From the NCBI GenBank assembly GCA_051002135.1, contig JBPCMQ010000016.1, forward strand, positions 51,430 through 115,429: a stretch of 64,000 nt of DNA, read 5' to 3'. Of this stretch, positions 41,953-48,729 are shown piece after piece. The stretch's first letter is position 1. Every line of letters starts with the position of its first letter. Position numbers and translations under genes: made by a program. This DNA is from Chloroflexota bacterium. Its GTDB lineage: Bacteria > Chloroflexota > UBA5177. Below the pieces are notes generated by a model, which was given only the letters and a program-made list of their open reading frames with translations, was not told the origin of the DNA and did not search any database.

Positions 41953-41981
41953 TTGAGGAAGCGCGAAAGACCTGCTATATT
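41953..41981 (+). promoter_or_regulatory. Candidate promoter for the iscA-like / dksA-like pair
   Basis: TTGAGG (41953-41958), 17-nt spacer, TATATT (41976-41981), 36 nt upstream of ATG 42017. Confidence 0.4.
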
Positions 41982-42016
41982 CTGGATAGGAATTGGAAAA
42001 CTGTGGAGGAAACGCA

Positions 42017-42376
42017 ATGATCAGCCTGACAGACCAGGCTTTGAGCCAACTTAAAGGACTGATGACAGAGCAAGGGCTGAACGATCTCGGTCTTCGCGTC
42101 TTTGTTTCGCCGGGCGGATGCTCTGGATTCCAGTACGGCATGCGGTTCGAAGATACGGCCATGGAAGGCGACATCGTCGAGAAGTCCGAGGGAATCCAGC
42201 TGTTTGTCGACGAATTCAGCGCGCAATATGTGGATGGCGCCGAGATCGACTTTGTCGATGAGCTGATGGGCGGCGGCTTTACGGTCCACAACCCCAACGC
42301 CATCACAAGCTGTGGATGCGGCCAGTCGTTCACCACGGCCAGTGGTGCGGGTGCGGCACGAGCGTGCGGGCACTGA
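42017..42376 (+). CDS. HesB/IscA/ErpA-family iron-sulfur cluster insertion protein
   Basis: GGCSGFQYG and C-terminal SCGCGQSF motifs. GGAGG precedes ATG 42017. Has an extra 14-aa tail ending ARACGH. Confidence 0.9.
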   Translation: MISLTDQALSQLKGLMTEQGLNDLGLRVFVSPGGCSGFQYGMRFEDTAMEGDIVEKSEGIQLFVDEFSAQYVDGAEIDFVDELMGGGFTVHNPNAITSCGCGQSFTTASGAGAARACGH

Positions 42377-42385
42377 GCCTGCCGC

Positions 42386-42778
42386 ATGATCAGTCAAGAT
42401 CTCTGTAACGAGCTGCATGATCAGCTGCTGGTGGAGCGAACGCGGCTCGAGCAAGAAATATCCAATCTCGCGGGATCCGGTTCCCGTGCCGATGCTTTTC
42501 TTGAGGACGAAAGCGACGCGGTGGATCAGCATCCCGCCGACGAGGGGTCTGAGCTGTTCGAGCGAGAAAAGAACATGACGTTGAAGCGGAACCTCGAGGC
42601 GTCGTTGGAATCCATAACGGAGGCCCTTCGCAAGTTCGATGAGGGCACGTATGGCATCTGTGAGACGTGCGGGAAGCCAATTCTCGAGAAGCGTCTGCGC
42701 GCCCTGCCAGGCGCGACTCATTGCATTGAATGCCAGAGCAAGCTGGAAAAGCACCCGCGGACTGCCTACGTCCATTAG
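42386..42778 (+). CDS. DksA/TraR-family C4 zinc-finger protein
   Basis: CETCGKPI...CIECQ four-Cys finger at the C-terminus, coiled-coil N-terminus. Confidence 0.85.
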   Translation: MISQDLCNELHDQLLVERTRLEQEISNLAGSGSRADAFLEDESDAVDQHPADEGSELFEREKNMTLKRNLEASLESITEALRKFDEGTYGICETCGKPILEKRLRALPGATHCIECQSKLEKHPRTAYVH

Positions 42779-43082
42779 AGAGCTCTGCTATCGACGACGG
42801 GTTCGCTGCTTCGCGTATTGCGCTCCTCCGGTCTCAGTGCATTGAGATTCATCAGAACGCCGGACGCACGGCCACGGGGAGGCCGAGCTACGCCGTCCGT
42901 AAAGCCAGGCACGTGGTCGATGTCGAACGACACGGCATCGCCGTGGGTGGTGTAACACGGTATCGCCGAAGGCGATGTAGCTGGGGCCTCCGTACCCGTG
43001 CGTGTTGGCGGGCAAGATGCTCGCGTCGCGAATGATCTCCGTCTTCGTCAGCGTGGAGAACAAAAGTCGGGACGGCCGGCAC
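42775..43082 (-). pseudogene. Possible frameshifted gene remnant (hydrolase-like; family not identified)
   Basis: Three overlapping minus-strand frames each carry protein-like stretches: VPAVPTFVLHADED; then +1 EIIRDASILPANTHGYGGPSYIAFGD; then YTTHGDAVSFDIDHVPGFTDG...RAL*. No single intact ORF. Abuts the stop of the XRE-like gene. Confidence 0.3.
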
Positions 43083-43093
43083 GCAGGGCTGAG

Positions 43094-43555
43094 CTACGTT
43101 GATGAGCGATTCGCCAGCAGCGACTTGGCCAGGACCAGCAGTGACACCTGCTGATCCGAGGGGAGGAGGCGGACGATCTTGTACAGGTCAAACGCCGTTT
43201 CGTCGCGAGACAGCGGAACGCCGTCCAGGTAGTCACCGTTGCTCTCCCGCAGACCCAGCGGCAGGGATGTTTGGGCCGAGACGCTCGGCGTGGTTTCGGC
43301 GGCATCGAGGCGAGTTGCCACGCGCAGATAGAGTTCCGTCAATGGCACGCCGAGGGCCTCGGCGATGAGGGAGACGGAGTGCGACGACGGATCCTTCTCT
43401 CCTCGCTCGATCTCTCCCAGGAATACCGGTGAGAGCCCGGCTCGCTGCGCCAGTTCGCGTCGAGAAAGCTGCTTCCAGGATCGGTAGCGGCGCAGAACGT
43501 CTCCCCACGCGAGTAACACGCGGCGGTCGTCGCTGTCCCGTCGCTCGTCCAGCAC
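43094..43555 (-). CDS. XRE-family helix-turn-helix transcriptional regulator
   Basis: LSRRELAQRAGLSPVFLGEIERGEKDPSSHSVSLIAEALGV is a classic HTH_3/XRE motif. GTG at 43555 follows GGAG by 7 nt and leaves room for a promoter. The ORF track start at 43642 would overlap the divergent gene. Confidence 0.85.
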   Translation of the reverse strand: MLDERRDSDDRRVLLAWGDVLRRYRSWKQLSRRELAQRAGLSPVFLGEIERGEKDPSSHSVSLIAEALGVPLTELYLRVATRLDAAETTPSVSAQTSLPLGLRESNGDYLDGVPLSRDETAFDLYKIVRLLPSDQQVSLLVLAKSLLANRSST

Positions 43556-43570
43556 CTGATTCTCCGAACC

Positions 43571-43621
43571 TATAATGAGACGCTCTGGGCATATGGTACG
43601 CGCAAAGTAGGAGCAGGTCAA
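43571..43621. promoter_or_regulatory. Overlapping divergent promoters between the XRE-like and excisionase-like genes
   Basis: Plus strand: perfect TATAAT (43571-43576), with AGGAG (43609-43613) 9 nt before GTG 43623. Minus strand: TTGACC (43621-43616), 17-nt spacer, TACCAT (43598-43593). Confidence 0.5.
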
Positions 43622-43622
43622 C

Positions 43623-44027
43623 GTGAGCACGCCGCCTTTCATCGACGTTTCCTACGCGGCTGACACCCTGCATATCTCTCCCGACGTCATACTCGACTGG
43701 GTCGCGAGCGGCAAGCTGAAAACGTATGGGGGTCGGTCCAGCAACCCGTTCGTCCGCAGTGGCGAGGTCCATGCGCTGGCGGCGGAGCTGGGCGCCCTAC
43801 CGGCGGATGATGAACCGCCCAAGCGCATGAAGAGCGCGTCGGGCCGCGTTCAGACGCGCCTGACAGCGGATGCGAAGTGGGGCGACATTTCGGATCAGGA
43901 CATCGTGGATTGGGCGTCGCGCACGGAGCCGGTTCGGCGCAAGGCCGCCCGAACCGCCGCGTCCGCGGCCCGCGACCGCCTCGACTTTCTGTTGAAGACT
44001 CTCGACGGTACGGAGGACTCAGGCTAG
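43623..44027 (+). CDS. Excisionase/MerR-like helix-turn-helix protein (HTH_17-type N-terminus)
   Basis: IDVSYAADTLHISPDVILDWVASGKLKTY resembles the Xis/AlpA-type DNA-binding HTH. 134 aa with a GTG start. Confidence 0.7.
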   Translation: MSTPPFIDVSYAADTLHISPDVILDWVASGKLKTYGGRSSNPFVRSGEVHALAAELGALPADDEPPKRMKSASGRVQTRLTADAKWGDISDQDIVDWASRTEPVRRKAARTAASAARDRLDFLLKTLDGTEDSG

Positions 44028-44088
44028 TCGCGTAGGGTGTGTGCAACGCCGTTTGAATTGCGGGAGACACTGCGTCTCGTTACTACCC

Positions 44089-44178
44089 GTCACTCTGCTG
44101 TCACCTTGCTGTTACCGCCTGTCACCCGGTTTTGGCGTCTGGACGCCATTTCGTGACAGGGTAACAGGGGTGACGTCA
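44089..44178. repeat. Iteron-like array: phased GTCAC/GTTAC direct repeats mirrored by GTGAC/GTAAC repeats around a central palindrome
   Basis: GTCAC at 44089, 44100 and 44121, and GTTAC at 44111 (spacing 11, 11, 10). Centre GGCGTC-TG-GACGCC (44134-44147). GTGAC at 44153 and 44170, GTAAC at 44161. Ends with TGACGTCA (44171-44178). Confidence 0.8.
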
Positions 44179-44365
44179 TTTTGCACACTTCCGCAACTAC
44201 GGTGATAACGGCGTATGTCATTGCCATCGTCGGGGCTCACGTCGGATGTCCGGTGGTCGCATGGTTGTGGATGCGCGTAGCTTCCAGGCTTGACTCATCC
44301 CGGCGCTTCCCCCCTGCCGTCGCAAGACTCTGCGCACCCGACACGCGCGCGTCTATCGTGGTGTA

Positions 44366-44568
44366 GGCTGCGTGGTCTCTCTCCGGCCGCCAGTAGCATC
44401 TCCGGCATCCGTAGTATTTCGTGGTCCACCTGTGCGCGGCGCCGGTAAACGGCGCCTACGCACTAGTACCCGCCATGTCATGGCCGCTGATCACGATGTC
44501 GCCCAGGGGAGCAAGGACGTTACGGAGGGGAGAGATACTACTGGCAGCCGGAGAGGGACCACGCGGCC
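44366..44568. mobile_element. 203-bp element bounded by 31-bp terminal inverted repeats and flanked by TA (MITE-like, or a rod-shaped structured RNA)
   Basis: GGCTGCGTGGTCTCTCTCCGGCCGCCAGTAG (44366-44396) pairs with 44538-44568 at 28 Watson-Crick positions, 2 T-G positions and 1 mismatch. Further pairing: ATCTC/GAGAT and TCCGTA/TACGGA. An internal 12-bp hairpin lies at 44432-44463. The dinucleotide TA flanks both ends. Confidence 0.7.
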
Positions 44569-44593
44569 TACAGATTGGTGGTGGGCACGGACG

Positions 44594-44773
44594 CTATTCG
44601 GGCCGAAGGTCGAGAAGGTCGAGGGTACTCTCGTGCGAGACGACCGACTTCTCCTTTCCCACCGCAAGCCATGCGGCAGCGCCGTCGCCGTACCGCGAGG
44701 ATGGGTATGCGTGCTGCTCCGACGCCCATGTCGAAGAGAGCGATATGTCCGGATGAAGAATCGTGTCATACAT
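44594..44773 (-). CDS. Unlisted 59-aa ORF, possibly the N-terminal stub of a disrupted gene
   Basis: MYDTILHPDISLSSTWASEQHAYPSSRYGDGAAAWLAVGKEKSVVSHESTLDLLDLRPE. About three quarters of third codon positions are G/C, as in neighbouring genes. No Shine-Dalgarno. One codon below the ORF-track cutoff. Confidence 0.3.
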   Translation of the reverse strand: MYDTILHPDISLSSTWASEQHAYPSSRYGDGAAAWLAVGKEKSVVSHESTLDLLDLRPE

Positions 44774-44981
44774 TGGTCAGGCTTTTTCTGAGCAAAGTAT
44801 GACACGGCCGGCTTCCGATGCGCCCTCGGTCGCATTGTTTCCTACTCAGATGTACAGCGGGCACACAACGGCCGGCTGAGTTCGGCATCCTCCATCTGGA
44901 TCTCGCGGTGGGCTCGTCCTCGAAATGGTCGAGGCAGAAAACATTCGACGAGGCCGGCGCTCGGGACGAGCAACCGTCCCC

Positions 44982-45647
44982 ATGCTTGTGCACGTGCCGC
45001 TGTTTGCAGCGTTGAATGAGCTCGGCCGGGACGCGATGGCGGCGATGGCCACGTGGCGGCTCTATGATCGTGGCGCGCGTATCGTTGGGCCCGGGGATGA
45101 CCAGCAGAACATGTTTGTCGTGGGCCAGGGCGCCGTGAGGATCGCTGCCTCCGGATCCGAGGGTCAGGAGATTACCATCTTCTCGCTAACCGTTGGCGAC
45201 CTCATCGACTTTGTCGACCTGCCGCCGGAGCTAGAAGAGCTCGCGTACGCATACGCTGCGAGAGACGGTACGATCGCGTTTCGGTCGCCACGCCACGACT
45301 TTCTGCGCATCGTGCGCGCGAATCCAGCCGCGGTGGACCTTCCCTTCGACCAGGCGCGGCAACGTGTCTTCGAGCTGGCCCTCCTGTACACCGATCACCT
45401 GTTTTACGATGCCCTGACTCGTCTTCATCGGGTCCTATCTCGCCTGGCCGCGGATGACCCCGACCACGTCGTGCGGGCGACCCAGACAGAGCTTGCTCAC
45501 ATGACGGGGATGACCCGGGAGACCGTCGGCCGGCTGCTCCCGCGGCTCAAGAGACGCGGTCTTATCGCCTATGAACCTCACCGCCAGAGCATCAGGGTGT
45601 TGGAGACAGCGCGCGTGAAGGATAGACCTAGCCGAAAGCCTGTATAA
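44982..45647 (+). CDS. Crp/Fnr-family transcriptional regulator
   Basis: cNMP-binding-like N-terminus (PLFAALNELGRDAM...GDLIDF) and C-terminal HTH TQTELAHMTGMTRETVGRLLPRLKRRGLI. ATG at 44982, or at 44925 as in the ORF track. Confidence 0.85.
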   Translation: MLVHVPLFAALNELGRDAMAAMATWRLYDRGARIVGPGDDQQNMFVVGQGAVRIAASGSEGQEITIFSLTVGDLIDFVDLPPELEELAYAYAARDGTIAFRSPRHDFLRIVRANPAAVDLPFDQARQRVFELALLYTDHLFYDALTRLHRVLSRLAADDPDHVVRATQTELAHMTGMTRETVGRLLPRLKRRGLIAYEPHRQSIRVLETARVKDRPSRKPV

Positions 45648-46173
45648 AAAGGCTCAAGGCGGCATCGACATAGTCCAGTCTCCGACCGATTGTTAAGGTG
45701 ATCGAGTGGATGCCATAACGATCCTCGTCGGGTAGGAATACGGGACTGGTAAGGATTGGAACCGGCCCAGCCGAGCCGCGGACGGTGAAATAACCTCCCT
45801 GCCAGTACCGAGCAGGAATATTGATAGGCCGGGGGTCGGCGGCTATGTGTTGAACACGGTGTGGCAGAAACACGCTCATGTCTATATGAATGCTGTACGA
45901 GGAGCGACCATATTGCTTAGGGGTGTCGTGAACAACGTTTGCGTACTCAAGGGAGGACAGGGGAGGGCTGTGGCGCCCGTAGTGTGAAAGTGAGTGAGTA
46001 AGGCGGAACAGCAGTGCGTCATGCTCTCTGAGCAGACCGTAATATAGCCGTTGCTGACGGTCGGCAAGGAGGATAGCTGTGAGACCAAAGCCCCATGCGA
46101 CAACTACTACGACGAAAAGAATACCGGTCAAGAGAGAGGATGAGGTGACGTTATGGAGGTGTGCTTGGTGCAT
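45628..46173 (-). CDS. Hypothetical membrane-anchored protein (181 aa)
   Basis: One N-terminal TM helix (LLTGILFVVVVVAWGFGLTAILL). Lower GC than its surroundings. No recognised domain. Confidence 0.55.
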   Translation of the reverse strand: MHQAHLHNVTSSSLLTGILFVVVVVAWGFGLTAILLADRQQRLYYGLLREHDALLFRLTHSLSHYGRHSPPLSSLEYANVVHDTPKQYGRSSYSIHIDMSVFLPHRVQHIAADPRPINIPARYWQGGYFTVRGSAGPVPILTSPVFLPDEDRYGIHSITLTIGRRLDYVDAALSLFIQAFG

Positions 46174-46773
46174 GGAAGGGCCTAAGTCCGACGGATTGTC
46201 AAGTAATCGAAAAAACGCCCGCCGATCCCCGCCTGAACGCGTGCTCCCTCGGTTGGCCGACGAGACGGAGGTCAGCAGGTGTCTAGTTCAGCTTGAACGC
46301 ATGCGACCTTTCTCAGACCTAGACCTTCTTGTCAACGTCAATGTGACAGGCGGTTTCTTGGCTCGAAGTACATCTGCCAAGCAATTCTCGTAATCCTGCA
46401 CTCCTGGAACCACTTCCTCCACACGATCTTGAGAAGCACTTCCCCTGTATCTCCTTATATTTATTCTCACAGTCTTAGCCATGGAGCAGCCAGAGGCGGA
46501 GCAAAGTCGGATCGATCCTCCCGTCGGTTAGTGAACAGATAACGGACGCGTCTGCCCTGGTCAGTTTACCTCCTTTCATGTTTGAGGGAGAGAGGCCCGG
46601 ACAGGACATGTGGACGATCCGATGATGGTGCGGAAAGGGTTGGATGAGCGACCGCCGGCATTCCACCGGCATGCCCCCACACTACTGGGACCCCTGCCTC
46701 ACCCCGCGGTTTCGGTAAGTAACGGGAGTCGAACGCTGCCGGCGAGAGAGGCACCCGATTGTCTTGCGCCGCT

Positions 46774-46813
46774 GAAAATGGCCCCAACGCGGAGCGTCGG
46801 TGGGGCCGTTTTA
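46774..46813. terminator. Bidirectional intrinsic-terminator-like hairpin inside a non-coding stretch
   Basis: GGCCCCA (46780-46786) pairs with TGGGGCC (46801-46807), with an inner ACGC/GCGT stem. AAAA lies upstream and TTTT downstream, so each strand reads stem plus a T-run. Confidence 0.5.
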
Positions 46814-47075
46814 GAAGGCGACAATGTGGTCGAACACGGCGTGATCCGGTCCTCGCCGTTAGTCACGGCGCGCGCTACTTCGAACCTGAAGAGGGCCGAG
46901 TACCAAGACAGACTCCAACCGGCGTCTCGACACGACCACTTAAGCCGACGAACGGGAAACCCCTAAGCAATGGCATCTTGACACGGTATACGCCTCATCT
47001 CTATGGGCTTAGCACGACGACCTACACGCGTCCGATCAGGAGGACGAGTTCAGGCGTAAGGTTAGAGGATAAGTG

Positions 47076-48254
47076 TCACCGCGACAGGAGCGACCTCTGG
47101 ACCTCGGCCAGAGCATCCATTAAGCCGTCCACGTCATCCATCGTGTTGTAGAAGTGCGGCGACACCCTGACGAGCCCCGGGCGGTAGTCGACGGTGAATC
47201 CCCGGTCCGCGAGGTTTTCTACCGTCCGTTGTGGCTCCGCGACCTGGAGCATGACGATGCCGCCTCGCTCGCCTGCCTCGAGGGGAGACAGAATGCCGTA
47301 TCCCGCGCTTTGGGCGCGTTCGACCAGACGATCGGTCAGCATCTGAATGCGCCCGTAGATGCGCTCTGGGCCGGCTTCGAGGATCATGTCCATGCCGGCC
47401 ACGCCGGCATAGGCGGTGGCGACCGCGGGCGTTCCCAGCTGAAGCCTATCCGCGGAGGGAGCCAGGTCCAGGTGCATGGCGTCGAAGGCGAATTGGTCAC
47501 CCGAAGCGAACCAGCCACTGCTTTGCGGCTGCAGCTCGGGAATCAGCTCTTCCCGGACATAGATGAAGGTCAGGCCCGGGCCTCCCAGGAGCCACTTGAG
47601 GGTGCCACCGACGTAGAAGTCGACGTCCAGGGCTTTGACGTCCACCGGATGCACGCCGACCGCGTGGTAACCATCGACGACCAGCCGCCCGCCGTGAGCA
47701 TGGACAAGGTCCGCCAGCTCCCGCACCGGCTGAATATGTCCGGTCGTGTAGAAGGTGTGGGATGTCGCAATCAGGGCCACGGAGCCGTCCATGTGTGCCC
47801 GGTACGCGTCCAGTGGAACTCGAATGCGATCTTCCGAGCGTGCGTACCGAAGCTCGACCTCGCGCGAGCGGCCCAACCACTGGTAGGGGATCGTCGGAAA
47901 GTCCAGATCCGCGCAGATGACCGCCGGCCGGCGTCGATAGTCGAAGGTCCCGGCAACCGACGCCAGCGCCGATGATACCGAGTGGCTGACGGTTACTTCG
48001 TGGGGCTGCGCGCCGATCAACGCGGCGAACCGGGACTTGGCCCCGGCAATCTTGCCCAGCCACTCCTTCCACCACACGGGAGCGCCATACCGCGACCAAT
48101 CGTCCTGGAAGCGCGTGAGGGCCTCCATTGCCTGCACGCTCAAGGGCCCGAGTGAACAGCTGTTGAGATACGTCGTGTGATCGAAGATCGGAAACGCCTT
48201 GCGATAGCAAGTAGCCTCCTGCTCCGAGATCGCCCCTGAGGCGACCTCTGACAT
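47076..48254 (-). CDS. Aminotransferase class V-fold PLP-dependent enzyme (cysteine desulfurase/kynureninase-like)
   Basis: YLNSCSLGP N-terminal motif and GGTLKWLLGGPG containing the PLP lysine. GAGGAAGGA precedes ATG 48254; the ORF track start is 48290. Confidence 0.85.
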   Translation of the reverse strand: MSEVASGAISEQEATCYRKAFPIFDHTTYLNSCSLGPLSVQAMEALTRFQDDWSRYGAPVWWKEWLGKIAGAKSRFAALIGAQPHEVTVSHSVSSALASVAGTFDYRRRPAVICADLDFPTIPYQWLGRSREVELRYARSEDRIRVPLDAYRAHMDGSVALIATSHTFYTTGHIQPVRELADLVHAHGGRLVVDGYHAVGVHPVDVKALDVDFYVGGTLKWLLGGPGLTFIYVREELIPELQPQSSGWFASGDQFAFDAMHLDLAPSADRLQLGTPAVATAYAGVAGMDMILEAGPERIYGRIQMLTDRLVERAQSAGYGILSPLEAGERGGIVMLQVAEPQRTVENLADRGFTVDYRPGLVRVSPHFYNTMDDVDGLMDALAEVQRSLLSR

Positions 48255-48339
48255 GGGTCCTTCCTCTCCCATTACAGCTCTCATGGCCAAGAATATCAGC
48301 CGGGCGATTGCGCCCGACGTCCCTGAGCTAAAATGGAGC

Positions 48340-48729
48340 GTGGATGATGTGCTGGCGATCGTGACCGACGTGTTTTTTCAGGTCCGGATCAGCGGATGCG
48401 CGCGCGCCGCCGGACGCAGGGTCCGTTACCTCAAGACCGATGAGAGCATCCGTACCGCCGCTGACTACGTCCTCGTTCTGGTCGATCTGGATGCCGGTCT
48501 AGACGTGCAAGCGGCGATTCGCTATCTGGCGTCGAATTCGGATGCGCCCATCGTGGCTTTTGGCCCTCACGTCGATAGCGAGGCGCGGAAAGCGGCAAGG
48601 GCTGCCGGTGCTCACCGCGTCCTGGCGAAGTCGAAATTCGTAACGGAGCTTCCCGTCATATTGTCGAGGGATGCCGATCCCAGTGAGCGTCAAGGAGGTC
48701 AGACAGCGCGGGTTCCATCGCCTCGGTGA
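48340..48729 (+). CDS. Hypothetical protein, possibly CheY-like receiver fold; start uncertain
   Basis: LAIVTD...YVLVLVDLD...PIVAFGPH...HRVLAKSKF follows a beta-alpha pattern reminiscent of receiver domains. The ORF track start at 48253 abuts the divergent gene start, so an internal GTG (48340/48349) is more plausible. Confidence 0.45.
   Translation: MDDVLAIVTDVFFQVRISGCARAAGRRVRYLKTDESIRTAADYVLVLVDLDAGLDVQAAIRYLASNSDAPIVAFGPHVDSEARKAARAAGAHRVLAKSKFVTELPVILSRDADPSERQGGQTARVPSPR

Noticed and set aside
44181-44791. Plus-strand ORFs 44181..44366, 44372..44791 and 44421..44756 in the gene-poor stretch after the excisionase-like gene.
   Set aside because: Arg/Gly/Pro-rich, mutually overlapping, and without ribosome-binding sites. 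They run straight through the 31-bp terminal inverted repeats and the internal hairpins, so they are more likely non-coding.
46288-46482. 64-aa minus-strand ORF and a nearby 33-codon ORF after TAAGGAG in the lower-GC stretch.
   Set aside because: The 64-aa ORF has no ribosome-binding site and an odd, basic composition. The TAAGGAG-associated GTG is 11 nt away and the ORF is very short. Neither is supportable as a gene from sequence alone.
46520-46956. Long-range pairing between CCCGTCGGTTAGTG (46520-46533) and CACTTAAGCCGACGAACGGG (46937-46956) as the closing helix of a ~440-nt RNA.
   Set aside because: The complementarity needs several gaps and does not extend into the flanks. It is too weak to distinguish from chance without comparative data.
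46174-47075. RNase P RNA, tmRNA, SRP RNA or a cobalamin riboswitch in the large gene-free stretch.
   Set aside because: I checked both strands and found none of the following: GAGGAAAGUCCGGGC / ACAGAA.CCGGCUUA (RNase P); GGGG...UUCGAC 5' end with a UCCACCA 3' end (tmRNA); GGUCCGGAAGGAAGCAGC (SRP). Only partial chance resemblances turned up. The stretch remains unassigned rather than identified.
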